NCBI GenBank assembly: GCA_026026165.1
Contig: JAPEUD010000091.1
Span: 62,001 to 90,105, forward strand
Length of the DNA: 28,105 nt
Source: Sarea resinae
Taxonomy: Eukaryota
Direction: 5' to 3'
The position numbers and the translations under genes were made by a program. Positions 11,977 through 21,456 of the stretch are shown here, piece by piece (within the stretch, counting starts at the first letter, position 1; each line of letters starts with the position of its first letter). The notes beneath the pieces are model-generated. The model made no database searches and had not been told where the DNA came from. It saw only the letters and a list, made by a program, of their open reading frames with translations.

Positions 11977-14307
11977 ATGGTTTCTACGCGAATCTCTAAG
12001 AGGAAGAGAACCAGCAGACTGCGCTCTGATGCTGGTACTGGAAAGAGACGCGCCTCGACACCACGGGCACGCTCATCACCAGAGCCAGAATCCGAGGCCG
12101 AGCCCGAGCCTGAGCCTGAGCCAGAACCAGAACCGGCTGGGGAGATTGGCTTGCCCACCAAATTAGAAGATGGTGTTCCACTTCCTACAATCGAGGAACC
12201 GCAACTGGATGGCCTGCCTCTGAGGGAATATCAATCCGTGGCAGAAAGGTATGCCGTCCAAAGACTCTATCGGACATCTATAATTGTGCATACTCACCTT
12301 CTCCACTAGTGCAGTGCTTGCGGCTTCTCTCAAACGTTCGCAACAAAAATGGCTCGTGGATGGTATCTTTGAACGCTACTGGACAAAGCCTTTGAGGGCG
12401 AAAAAGAACCAGCCCCAGCCCAAAGTGAATAATCCTCCGAAGGAAAGCATGGTCAGATTTTGTCACTGCACTATCACCATCGAACCGCATGCTTTTGAAG
12501 CCGTCCTCTATGGGGTCAAGGATCCCAATGCTCCAGTTCCTGCTTCCCCCGCTTCCCCTGCTGCGCAGTCCGCACAGAGGCCCTTTCTCCAATATGGTCC
12601 CCCCAGCGCCACCTCGCATCAAGGCTCTCCGTCGACTGCGCCCAGCCCAGGCCAGCCTCACCAGTCACAGATGCAAGCACAGACACCACGGTCTGGTAAT
12701 TCCTCTAGACCGGCACAGTCGCAACAAACTGCATCTCCCCAGCCTTTCGCTCATCCTCAGAAAAGCACGCCCCACAGCCTGATGCAACCTACTCCGATAC
12801 CTACGAACGGATCAGTACCGCAACCGCAACGCCAACACAATCCTATCATCTCCACCCCGACTCCTACTCAACAGCCAATCGGGAAGCCAAGTCCAGATCC
12901 TGTAATCCAAATGCTCGCGACCAAAGCTGCGACCGACAATGAGCTCAAATCACTCATGAGAATTGTCGCCTCCGGAAATGCTTCCCATGAGCAACTCAAA
13001 GTATTCCAAGATCACATTGACGCATTGACAGCCATCATTGAAGCGCGCAATAAGAGCAGAGATGCGTTTGCGCAGTCGCCTTCTGCTTCCCACCCCGGCC
13101 CTCCAGCCGGTCCACCTCTGACTGGTGGTCCTGCTGTCAGTGCTCGCCCGCTCCAAGCTCCTGGCCCTTCACCTCTGCCAACTAGTCAAAATGTTCAGCG
13201 CCCAGTTCCAACCCCTAGGCCAACACCAGTCTCTGCTCCGGCGCCTATAAAGGCGGAATCCTTTAGCCAGTCGGCGCGATTCCATCCACCTCCGCCTGCT
13301 CGTAAGGCTCCTGTGGCACCCCTGAAAAATCGGTACAGCGCACTTGTGTTTGAGTTTTCTGCAGGCCAGGGCGACCGGTTTCTCTTCCCTAAGTACAGCA
13401 TTTTACAGTACCTTCCGGATGGTCATCAGGTCCTGGTATCGTTCCTTGCAATACGGAAAGGAAGTTCTAGCGAGTCCGGTAAATATGATCACAAGCTCGA
13501 TTACTATCAACCAATTACTATGCGATTGTCGGTTCAAATGTCTCGGTACCTAGAGCAGCTATCTAAAGTCGTGGTGCCTCTTGAGGAGGCCCAAAAGTAT
13601 ATGAATAATATATTTGATAGCATGCCACGAGCAGAAGACGTCTATCTTCCCATGAGGTTGCCAAGAGACGCTGAAGATATTGAAAATGGCATAGGGGAAA
13701 CCGAGGAGCCGAACAGCGACCGGGAGAATGGTTTGAGGGTCAGTTATACACCTCCAGCATTGGGGGATCCGATGAAGAGGAAGAAGGCGAAGAAAGTGGT
13801 AAGCTATCACCCAGTCGCGAATTCAATTATTGTATATGCTAAGTTGGAGAAGACTATCATCGAGGATCGCTCATCTTCGGAACCCTGGGCCTCTCCGGCG
13901 CCTGCCTCCGACGGCAAGGGGACAAAGACTTCAAAAGGCCGGCAAGCTGATCCGAACAAGTCATGTCACATATGTCATACATCCAATACCTCACTATGGC
14001 GAAAGGCCGAAGTGGAAGGCGAAAGCGTCAGCGGTCAGTCCTGCCTTCCCATCATGATGCGTCGTGCTAACGTCTTGAAGTGTGTAACGCGTGTGGCATC
14101 AAATGGAAAACGAACTCTGTTCGATCCCACGACGCTGTGCCAAAAACTCTTGCTGCATCGATCTCCGATCCGGCGGCTGTTAAGCTGACTTCAAATATAC
14201 CTCCTGCTTCTGAGCCTCCGGCAAATTTGACCACGAGCACTCCTCTCGCACAAGCCAGCCAAGACCCGGCGAAAATTGCAGATGTGGACATGCCCGATGT
14301 CGCATGA
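11977..14307 (+). CDS. SWC3: SWR1-complex subunit Swc3-like protein with C-terminal GATA-type zinc finger (4 exons)
   Basis: ATG 11977. LPT..EYQSVAE|SAVLAASLKRSQQKWLVDGIFERYWTKP, PDPVIQMLATKAATDNELKSLMRIVASG and GDRFLFPKYSIL match my recollection of filamentous-fungal Swc3 blocks. Introns 12249-12309, 13799-13852, 14034-14080; stop at 14307. Confidence 0.75.
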
Positions 14308-15091
14308 GGTACACAGAAGTATTTGCCAACGTCTCATCTTTTCGATTCTACAGTGTCTTACTTTCTTTTCGCAATGGTCATAAAGGCTCTAAGCAATAGC
14401 GTCTAAAACAACATGAGGACACGAATTCGATGTACTGGAGTTTCGACAAGTCCTCTTGGCCTGCTTCTTTTCCTATTTAATGTGTATATTAATGTGCACC
14501 GAGGATTGGGACACACTATCGACACGAGAGGGAAAAAATGATTACATGGTTTTCTGTTGGCCGAGAGGCCCGGAGGGTGGAGCTCAAGACGAGGCAAGCG
14601 AGCGGTCTTTGCAAATGCTATATTGACCAGCTGCGGGAGCTTGCATCTTGACCTGGATTTTGACCAGGAAAGGAGACAGAATAGGTATTTTAGAGAATGC
14701 CACATATCCATAGGGCCCAGCATGAGAGCTGTTTCTGGCAAGTCGCATGTGATGTCAAGGAATAGCGGGGACCCCACTACTGCCATCCACCTGCACGATC
14801 TGATATGGATCTGATATGGATCTGATGCCACTTCAGTTTGAGTGTGGGGATACGCGGAACATTGTTCTTCCGTTCTGGTCGACACTGAATCTAGCCCGTA
14901 CCCTCGTACACCTCATCCAATGTCCCTTGTGCAACGTCATCAACAACATTGGACGCTCTGCTCTCTGACATGCATAGGCCTCAAGGAGGAACAGCCTCAT
15001 CCTCTCATCGGACTGTTTCACTATGAATATATATTGAATGCCGCTTCAAGCAACGATCAAGAGCTGAAGTGTCAAAACGAAGACGAAAGCA

Positions 15092-16960
15092 ATGGGGCAG
15101 GCTCAATCCGACGAGCAAGGGCCTCGCGCCGTCTCGCGGGAGCAACTTAGCCATGAGCTTGCAATCCGCTTCGCAAACCGCTGCTTCACCCAACTGGAAA
15201 TATACAGCTTCAAAGAGGTCTTTCGGTCTCTTGCGGACGTGCAATCGGATATCCATTACTGGCGGGAAGAGACCCTGTGCCGATTTCTAGAGATTCCAGA
15301 TATCCTCGAGGTTGGACCTGTGCTCTATCAGATGTCGACTTATCTCGCAGTCTTCCCTTTTCCGAGCATGGCGCCGGGTATTCTCACTCTAGAGAATATG
15401 CTCAAGGTGGTGTGTATCATGACGGAACGATACGGAAAGGTGCTGAAGAGGGGCGATCGAGATCGACACAAGTTATTGTTTCGGAGTCTGGCTATCTATG
15501 ATAGGAGAATGTCAGACGAGAAGGCGGGACAAGATCGACGAACTGTTAGAGGTGTAGTAGATGAGAAAGCGACAGGACCAGCAGATCAGACCTCAAAAGG
15601 TGCCTCAGGTTTTGCCATTGATGAAGCTATAGACGATGACGAAGGAGACGATGATGAGCTTTCCCTTGCAGCCCTGGACGCCCTAGATTCTATTGAGGTC
15701 TTCACCCAAGGCGAAAAAACTAGCGTCAATCACTCATATATCCCAGCAGACAATTTTAGGAGGTTGATTATGCTTCTGGTTGTCACAGCGCCGCTGGAAG
15801 CCCAGGAGAGTATCTCTAGCCACGTCGAGCGGTTCACGGGAGAGAAACTGAAAGGTCTTCAGCGGACAGCTCATGTCGTGCTGTGGGCTTTTGGCATTGA
15901 GAACCATCCGGGTGTGCTTTACCATGATTTCAACAGGGTGATTGCGTCTTCATTGCCGTATCTTTTTGACGGCTTAAATCCTCTATTTGAGCATCTTCTC
16001 TTCAACAAGGACTTTGACCTCGCAAAGAGAAAGAATCAAGACCCGACCAGAACGATCCTTCAGTCTCCACAAAAGCTAGGAAGCCCAATCAAACCACATC
16101 CTCTTCTACCCGAAGAGGGCGAGATCTTAGATATCAACATTTTGAGCCAACTTTCCTTCTTCATCAAAGGCTCAAAGCTCTTCTCCCGCCTCAGGCCGCT
16201 CTACTCTGGTGGAGACTCCGGCTTCAGCCTAGGCTCTTTCGCAAACAAGGTCATCCACTGGCGAGCTCCTACTATCCTCCTTGTAGCAGGATCCCGGCTT
16301 CCATCGGACCACTCTAAACGTGACACCCGCGAACGCACCTTCACAGACTCGTTACCTCCGGCGAAATTTCCCGATGGCTCTTCTGGAAATGCTGCCAATT
16401 CTGACCGCGTCGTTTTTGGCGCCTATCTCAATGTGCCCTGGAAACAAACTCACAAAGAATGCTTCGGCGACGCCCAGACTTTGCTCTTCCAGCTTGAGCC
16501 AGTCCACGACGTCTTCCGTGCTTCCACCATCAGCAAGGACTACGCCTCTTTCACTAAGCCCCCTATTCCGCACTGCGGAGTCGCTTTTGGCTCCCCTGCC
16601 CCCAAAGCAAAGAGCACCTCGGGCCTTCCCTCTCACATCAATCTCGGCCCCGTTTCCCTCTTCCTAGACGACGCGCTCGAGTTTGGTGTCTTCACCAACT
16701 CGAACCTCGGCGGCGGTAGCTTCCACCCAAGCCAGACGAGACGGTACGATTGGCGGGAGGAGTTCGCCATCGAGAGTCTTGAGGTGTGGGGCTGTGGCGG
16801 GGACGAGGAGGCGGAGCGCCAGAAGAAAGCCTGGGAGTTTGAAGAGAGAGAGGCAAAGAGCAGGAGGAATGTGGGTCTGGGCAAGGACGTTGAGGCTGAT
16901 AGGGCGTTGTTGGAGATGGCGGGCTTGATTGGCCAGCATAGATCTGGCGGGAGCGTTTGA
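15092..16960 (+). CDS. RTC5: TLDc-domain protein Rtc5 (intronless, 622 aa)
   Basis: MGQAQS start; FTQLEIYSFKEVFRSLAD; C-terminal TLDc motifs LYSG..GFSLGSF, WRAPTILLVAG, FGAYLNVPW, LLFQLEPVHDVF, IESLEVWGCG, DRALLEMAGLIG. Confidence 0.9.
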   Translation: MGQAQSDEQGPRAVSREQLSHELAIRFANRCFTQLEIYSFKEVFRSLADVQSDIHYWREETLCRFLEIPDILEVGPVLYQMSTYLAVFPFPSMAPGILTLENMLKVVCIMTERYGKVLKRGDRDRHKLLFRSLAIYDRRMSDEKAGQDRRTVRGVVDEKATGPADQTSKGASGFAIDEAIDDDEGDDDELSLAALDALDSIEVFTQGEKTSVNHSYIPADNFRRLIMLLVVTAPLEAQESISSHVERFTGEKLKGLQRTAHVVLWAFGIENHPGVLYHDFNRVIASSLPYLFDGLNPLFEHLLFNKDFDLAKRKNQDPTRTILQSPQKLGSPIKPHPLLPEEGEILDINILSQLSFFIKGSKLFSRLRPLYSGGDSGFSLGSFANKVIHWRAPTILLVAGSRLPSDHSKRDTRERTFTDSLPPAKFPDGSSGNAANSDRVVFGAYLNVPWKQTHKECFGDAQTLLFQLEPVHDVFRASTISKDYASFTKPPIPHCGVAFGSPAPKAKSTSGLPSHINLGPVSLFLDDALEFGVFTNSNLGGGSFHPSQTRRYDWREEFAIESLEVWGCGGDEEAERQKKAWEFEEREAKSRRNVGLGKDVEADRALLEMAGLIGQHRSGGSV

Positions 16961-17361
16961 GGGCAGGTAGGCGTTTTCTAATGATTCGGAGCACTGAATC
17001 TGTCTGAGAACGCGTAGGAGTACAGGAAGGAGTTTTTTTTTTGAAAGCGTGGCGTCATGATTGAACCCATCCTTTCCTACTTGGGCGTCTGGCACACACA
17101 CTGTCTTTGATCTTTTTATGCAGGAGCGGATTCAGGACTGGGTTCGGAAGAGAACATACTCCCAACACGAAGATTATTTTCCTTGTATTTTCTTTATCAC
17201 TATCACTTAGGACGACTCTCCCTGTCCAATGGCTAAACGGGAGAGAACCAAAATGCTATCAAATCCCATTTTATCATCTATCTACCTCCAGCGTGTCTAC
17301 ACTGATCAACGAACCAAGCCCACCCCCTCAAATCCCTCAATTCCCTCATCCCTCCCCACCA

Positions 17362-18722
17362 TCACACACCATGACCACCCCCATAATCCGACACGCTCGT
17401 TCCCTGCCACCCGTCCAAGAGACTCGCATCCGTGACTTCGTAGACCTCGACGCCCAGCGGTCGGCAATCGGGCGCCATCCGCTCGTTTGCCAGGCGGCCC
17501 CAGCCCCAGTGCGAGAGGTCGCCCCCGGGACACGTCGATAGTGCGCAGAGGATGTCGAGCTCGGCGATGAATTCGAGGTAGTCGCCTTCTTGCGCCGGGG
17601 AAGGGTCCCTGTGTGTGGGTGAGTGGGAGGGTGGATTAGTCTTAAGGCGGTGGGTGGGAGGGGGTGAGGGGCTGGTTGGGTGGATGGGTGGATGGGTGGA
17701 TGGATGGATGAGTAGGTATAGCGGTAATAGGGGCGATTGGGGGAAAGAAGAAGGAAAATAATAGGAGTGTAAGGGACGGGGAGAGGGATGAGGGATGAGG
17801 GATGAGGGAAGAGGGAAGAGGGAAGAGGGGAGAGGGGAGAGGCTGGTTTACATATAGTATTTTTCTTCTTCGTTCAAGCCCGTGACTTGGAACACGTTGA
17901 GCACGTCGTGGACGTCGAATTCGGTGAGCCCGTGGGGTGCAATAGCGCGCACGAGGTTCGAGTGGCAGTGGTGGTCGTACTCGTCGCCTGTGAGGAGCTT
18001 GTTGACTGTCCATCCCCTGGAATTAGTCATATATGAGAGTAGTTGGGTCTTTTTTTTCGAATGTGATGTGCCTGGTCATGTACTCTGTTCTTCGGGTCGG
18101 GCTGTGTGGCTTCTTGCTAGGGGTGCGTGTGGAGAGCAAGAGATAGGAGACCGCGTAGGCGATGTGACACATGGACGATAGAGTAAAAGACAAGGACAAA
18201 GACAAAAGCAAACAGACCATAAGGATCGCATCTAGTGCCCAGAAGATCATGGCACCGACCCTTCCAGCGCTCGCCGTCCCTCTCCGCCCTCTTCGCCATC
18301 GAGTCTCCCGTAATGGTTACCAGCGGTCGCAGAAACGGCAGCGTAGACCACAGTCGGTCGCCCGTGGATACGTGTGCCGAATGCAGCTGGCGCGTGCGGG
18401 CGGCCCAGAGGCGCTCGCGCGGCTCGTGCGCGTTCCAGATGTTCAGGTCGCCGACCTGCGGGCCCGCCGCCGTCGTCGTGATCCGGCAGATCTGGCCGCG
18501 GCGTACACGCCACGCATATCCGCTGCGTGGTGGCACCGTATGAGTGCTGAGAAGCTGCCGGTGCTGCGCGGCGCTCGATGCGATGGTGTGGTAGAAGGCC
18601 CGGTTGCCGTAGATGGCCGAGGCTTGGGCGGCTGTGTAGGCTGGGTTGGCGTGGTGCTGCTGTGCTGGCGGGGGGCCGTCGGCCGGGGGAGGATTTTGCT
18701 CCTCGGTGTGGGATTGCGCCAT
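17362..18722 (-). CDS. DUF1989 (urea carboxylase-associated family) protein, 3 exons
   Basis: GPQVGDLNIWN, ERLWAARTRQLH..GDRLWS, HDLLGTRCDPY|VNKLL, HCHSNL, DVHDVLNVFQVTGL, M|DPSPA..GDYLEF..LCALSTCPGGD. Introns 18006-18217 and 17609-17851; TGA at 17362. Confidence 0.88.
17652..17842. repeat. Polypurine low-complexity tract in DUF1989 intron 2 ((GGAT)n, G-runs, 7-mer array)
   Basis: GGGTGGGAGGGGGTGAGGGG at 17652-17671; (TGGA/TGGG)n around 17677-17710; 7-nt units GAGGGAT/GAGGGAA/GAGGGGA at 17783-17842. Confidence 0.85.
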
Positions 18723-18971
18723 GAGCGGTAATGCGACCCTTCTTCCAGGTTCTTCAAGGCCCTGGTGTTATGTAGGCTGAGTGTACCCTTTGGGAGGCAA
18801 CGCAAGATTGATCAATCGCGGCTGAAGGAGAAGAGCAGGGAAACCAAATCGACAGACCAATAATGGAAATTCAAATGCCGAAATTCCGTAGAAGCTGCGC
18901 CTGACGCTCTAAGTCGACGCACATGCACAAAAACAAAATTCCTCCAAGTTCAGCTTATATTGGAGCGTATT

Positions 18972-19257
18972 CTTATCAGCCCTGTTGATTCCGTGTGTTG
19001 TTTACCCCTCTAACGAAACGGGGCCAGGGCAAGAAATGCACGACAGAAACGCAGCACGCCACCTATATGGAATCAGAAAATTTCATTCAATATCTGTATG
19101 AGGCATCACAGTAAGAGCCACAAGCTTGCCCGTCAAATCGGATATTCTCGAGTATCTCAGCCCCAAAGAAGGAGAGGGAGGGGGAGATAACAGCATACTA
19201 TGTACATGATAGCCGCGATGGTCGGATAAATTAGTCGGATAAATAAACGCTTAGTCA
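18972..19257. promoter_or_regulatory. GATA-rich divergent promoter (candidate AreA/NIT2 sites) with CGG direct repeat
   Basis: Eight GATA cores in about 270 bp, including TTATCA, AGATAA and TGATAG; GTCGGATAAAT twice (19221, 19234); TTAGTCA at 19251. Confidence 0.45.
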
Positions 19258-19323
19258 TTCATCCATCTCTCGCGCTTCCGTTTCCGCTTCCGCATCTCGA
19301 AATTCGAAACCTCACTTTCGAAC

Positions 19324-19347
19324 CACCATCACCATCACCATCACCAT
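19324..19347. repeat. (CACCAT)4 microsatellite
   Basis: caccat caccat caccat caccat, upstream of bL36m. Confidence 0.8.
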
Positions 19348-19498
19348 CCCCGAAATTAACCTCCTTTGCACCAGTTAGTCGGCTATTCTCTGCCGCAGGA
19401 AAGCTTCCAATCTCCTTCAGAAACCCGAAGCCTGTCCCCCTGTTGAACGCACCTCAATCCCTCTCGACCGACTGACATCCTGATCCTCGTTCCCGAAA

Positions 19499-20070
19499 AT
19501 GTCACTCCTCCGCTCCCTTGGGCCTCTATCCCGCCCCTCGCTCTTCTCGCCCTCCTACTGCTTCGTCGCCACCAAAACCAACACAGCAGCAGCAGCAGCA
19601 ACACGGCCGTTCAGCACGGTGCTCTCGTCGCGGCTCTCGAAATGGTGGACAGCGCCGCGACGACCCATGATTGCGGCATCGCAGACGCAGGTGCAGGAGC
19701 AGGCGCGGACGATGAAGGTCCGGTCCAGTGTCAAGAAGCTGTGTGATGGGTGCAAGGTACGCTATGTCCGATGATAACTCTCGACTTTTCGTCGCTTTTC
19801 TCATGGCTCTTGGGAGCTGTAAGGGAGAGGGAAGCGTGTGTGTGGATGCTGGATTGAGGCTGACATGACGGTGCGACAGAGCGTGCGGAGAAAGGGCTAT
19901 GTCTACATCATCTGCTCGAAGAATCCCAAGGTATGGACGTCACCATCTCCTTGCTTCTCTCACCATTCGATCTCCTCTTCTCTTCACTCTTTTCAGAGAG
20001 GTTCTGTGTCCGTCTGACGGTCTTACTGACATTTTTCGTTCCTACACAGCATAAGCAACGTCAAGGATAG
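19499..20070 (+). CDS. RTC6: Mitochondrial ribosomal protein bL36m (3 exons)
   Basis: Arg/Ser-rich presequence, then MKVRSSVKKLCDGCK|SVRRKGYVYIICSKNPK|HKQRQG* (zinc ribbon C,C,C,H intact). Introns 19757-19879 and 19931-20049. Confidence 0.95.
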
Positions 20071-20835
20071 GCACAGCATATCTTTCCTGGATCACTTCCA
20101 CCTCAGTCATCACATCCATCTCTCATCCTCGTATTCGCGGCATCTACGGTATCCACCCCTCTAGCGTCTCCCCAGGGGTTTCCCGGTCCTCCACTATCTT
20201 TCCGATACGCAAACCACACCAACCACAAACTCCTCCTATCGAACCCCCCAGTCACGTCGCAGGAGACGCCCCCAAAAACGCCCCTCGCTCACTCAACCTG
20301 CCAGTCCAGCATCCCTCTTATTGCCGTCTCTCCAGCCCCGACTTCCTCCCCATAACCTACACTCCCAACTGCTATTCCAGCTCGGCTCCCTCCCCAGCAT
20401 CAGCTACCGCAAAGCCTTCCCTCCTCTTCCCACTACCTCGGCGCCTTGCCTGCGAGATAGACGCTCGTCTCGGGTCGGCTAACAATCCTATTTCCCTCCT
20501 TTTTCCGCGTCTCCGAGCTTGGGTGCCTCTTCGTTTCCTTCCGATCGCTTCCCTCCCTCTGGCTGCTTGGTTCTGCTGTACTGTATTGTATCTACCTATA
20601 CTTGTATCCTCTCTTCTACCACCACCGGACCGGAAACCCCAAAACAGAAAAAAAAACAAAATACAATTCAAATACAAACTAGACAAAAAGGCCAGCCCAA
20701 ACCAGATAATCCGGCCTGCTGGCTCATGCAATCAAGCACACGTGGCATACATGAACAGAAAGCTCATCCAAGACGAAAAATTTGAATTTCTATATGGCAT
20801 GACCAAGTAGTAGTACCTAGGTAGGTAGTAAGCAT

Positions 20836-20940
20836 CAAGGTAAAATAAAATCAGGTAAGATAAGGCAAAGTCAGGCAAAGTAAGATGAAGTAAGATAAAG
20901 TCAGGCAAAGTCAGGCAAAGTCAGGCAAAGTAAAGGTAAA
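20836..20940. repeat. Degenerate 5/10-nt minisatellite (TCAGGCAAAG core)
   Basis: Three perfect TCAGGCAAAG copies at 20901-20930 and one at 20871, flanked by TAAGA/TAAAG/TAAAA pentamers in register. Confidence 0.8.
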
Positions 20941-21362
20941 TCCCAGTCAGTCCCCTCCTATCGTCCCTGCCCGCCTCCCGTTTTCTTTTTTTCGGTTTCG
21001 GGGTCGGCCCTAAACAGACGCACGCTCTAGAAAGAAAAGAGAGAGAGAAAAACAAGGAACAAAAAAGGAAAAAAAGGAAAAAGGGAAAAGGGAAAAAGGA
21101 AAAACGCCTAATTGGGAAAGCACAGGAAACAATAGGAGGGTGGTTTTGGAGACCACTCTGATCTGATCTGATCTGAAATCGGACGACGACGATTCGTTGG
21201 GAGTCGACGTTTTGCTTTTTTGGGGTCTATCTATCTATCTTTCTGTCCATATACGCTTCATCACATAAGCAGCGAGCACCGCATAGGCTTTATTTGGGTC
21301 TGCTAGCACATCTCCCACTCCACACGCTTGGATATAGCCCGTCGAAACCGACAGAACGAGAA

Positions 21363-21404
21363 AAACGGAAACAGAAACGGAAACGGAAACGGAAACGGAA
21401 ACGG
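21363..21404. repeat. (AAACGG)n hexamer microsatellite in the ILV1 3' region
   Basis: About seven units, one variant (AAACAG). Nearby are (CTGAT)n at about 21158 and (CTAT)n at about 21227. Confidence 0.85.
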
Positions 21405-21456
21405 GCCCAACGCAACAAGTCGCTTTCGAAGTAAAGTAATATAAAGTAAAGCACAT

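Noticed and set aside
14403..15021. ORFs in the SWC3-RTC5 gap and the (GATCTGATATG)n repeat near 14797
   Set aside because: No recognisable protein features; the repeat is a short local duplication.
17609..18900. Guanidine riboswitch in the DUF1989 leader or introns (bacterial homologues are ykkC-controlled)
   Set aside because: I found no tandem ACGR-loop hairpins or other recognisable guanidine aptamer features by eye; the introns are simple low-complexity sequence. An Rfam scan would be decisive.
15092..20070. RTC5 next to RTC6 as a telomere-capping cluster
   Set aside because: The names come from a yeast genetic screen; the proteins (TLDc versus mitoribosomal L36) are functionally unrelated.
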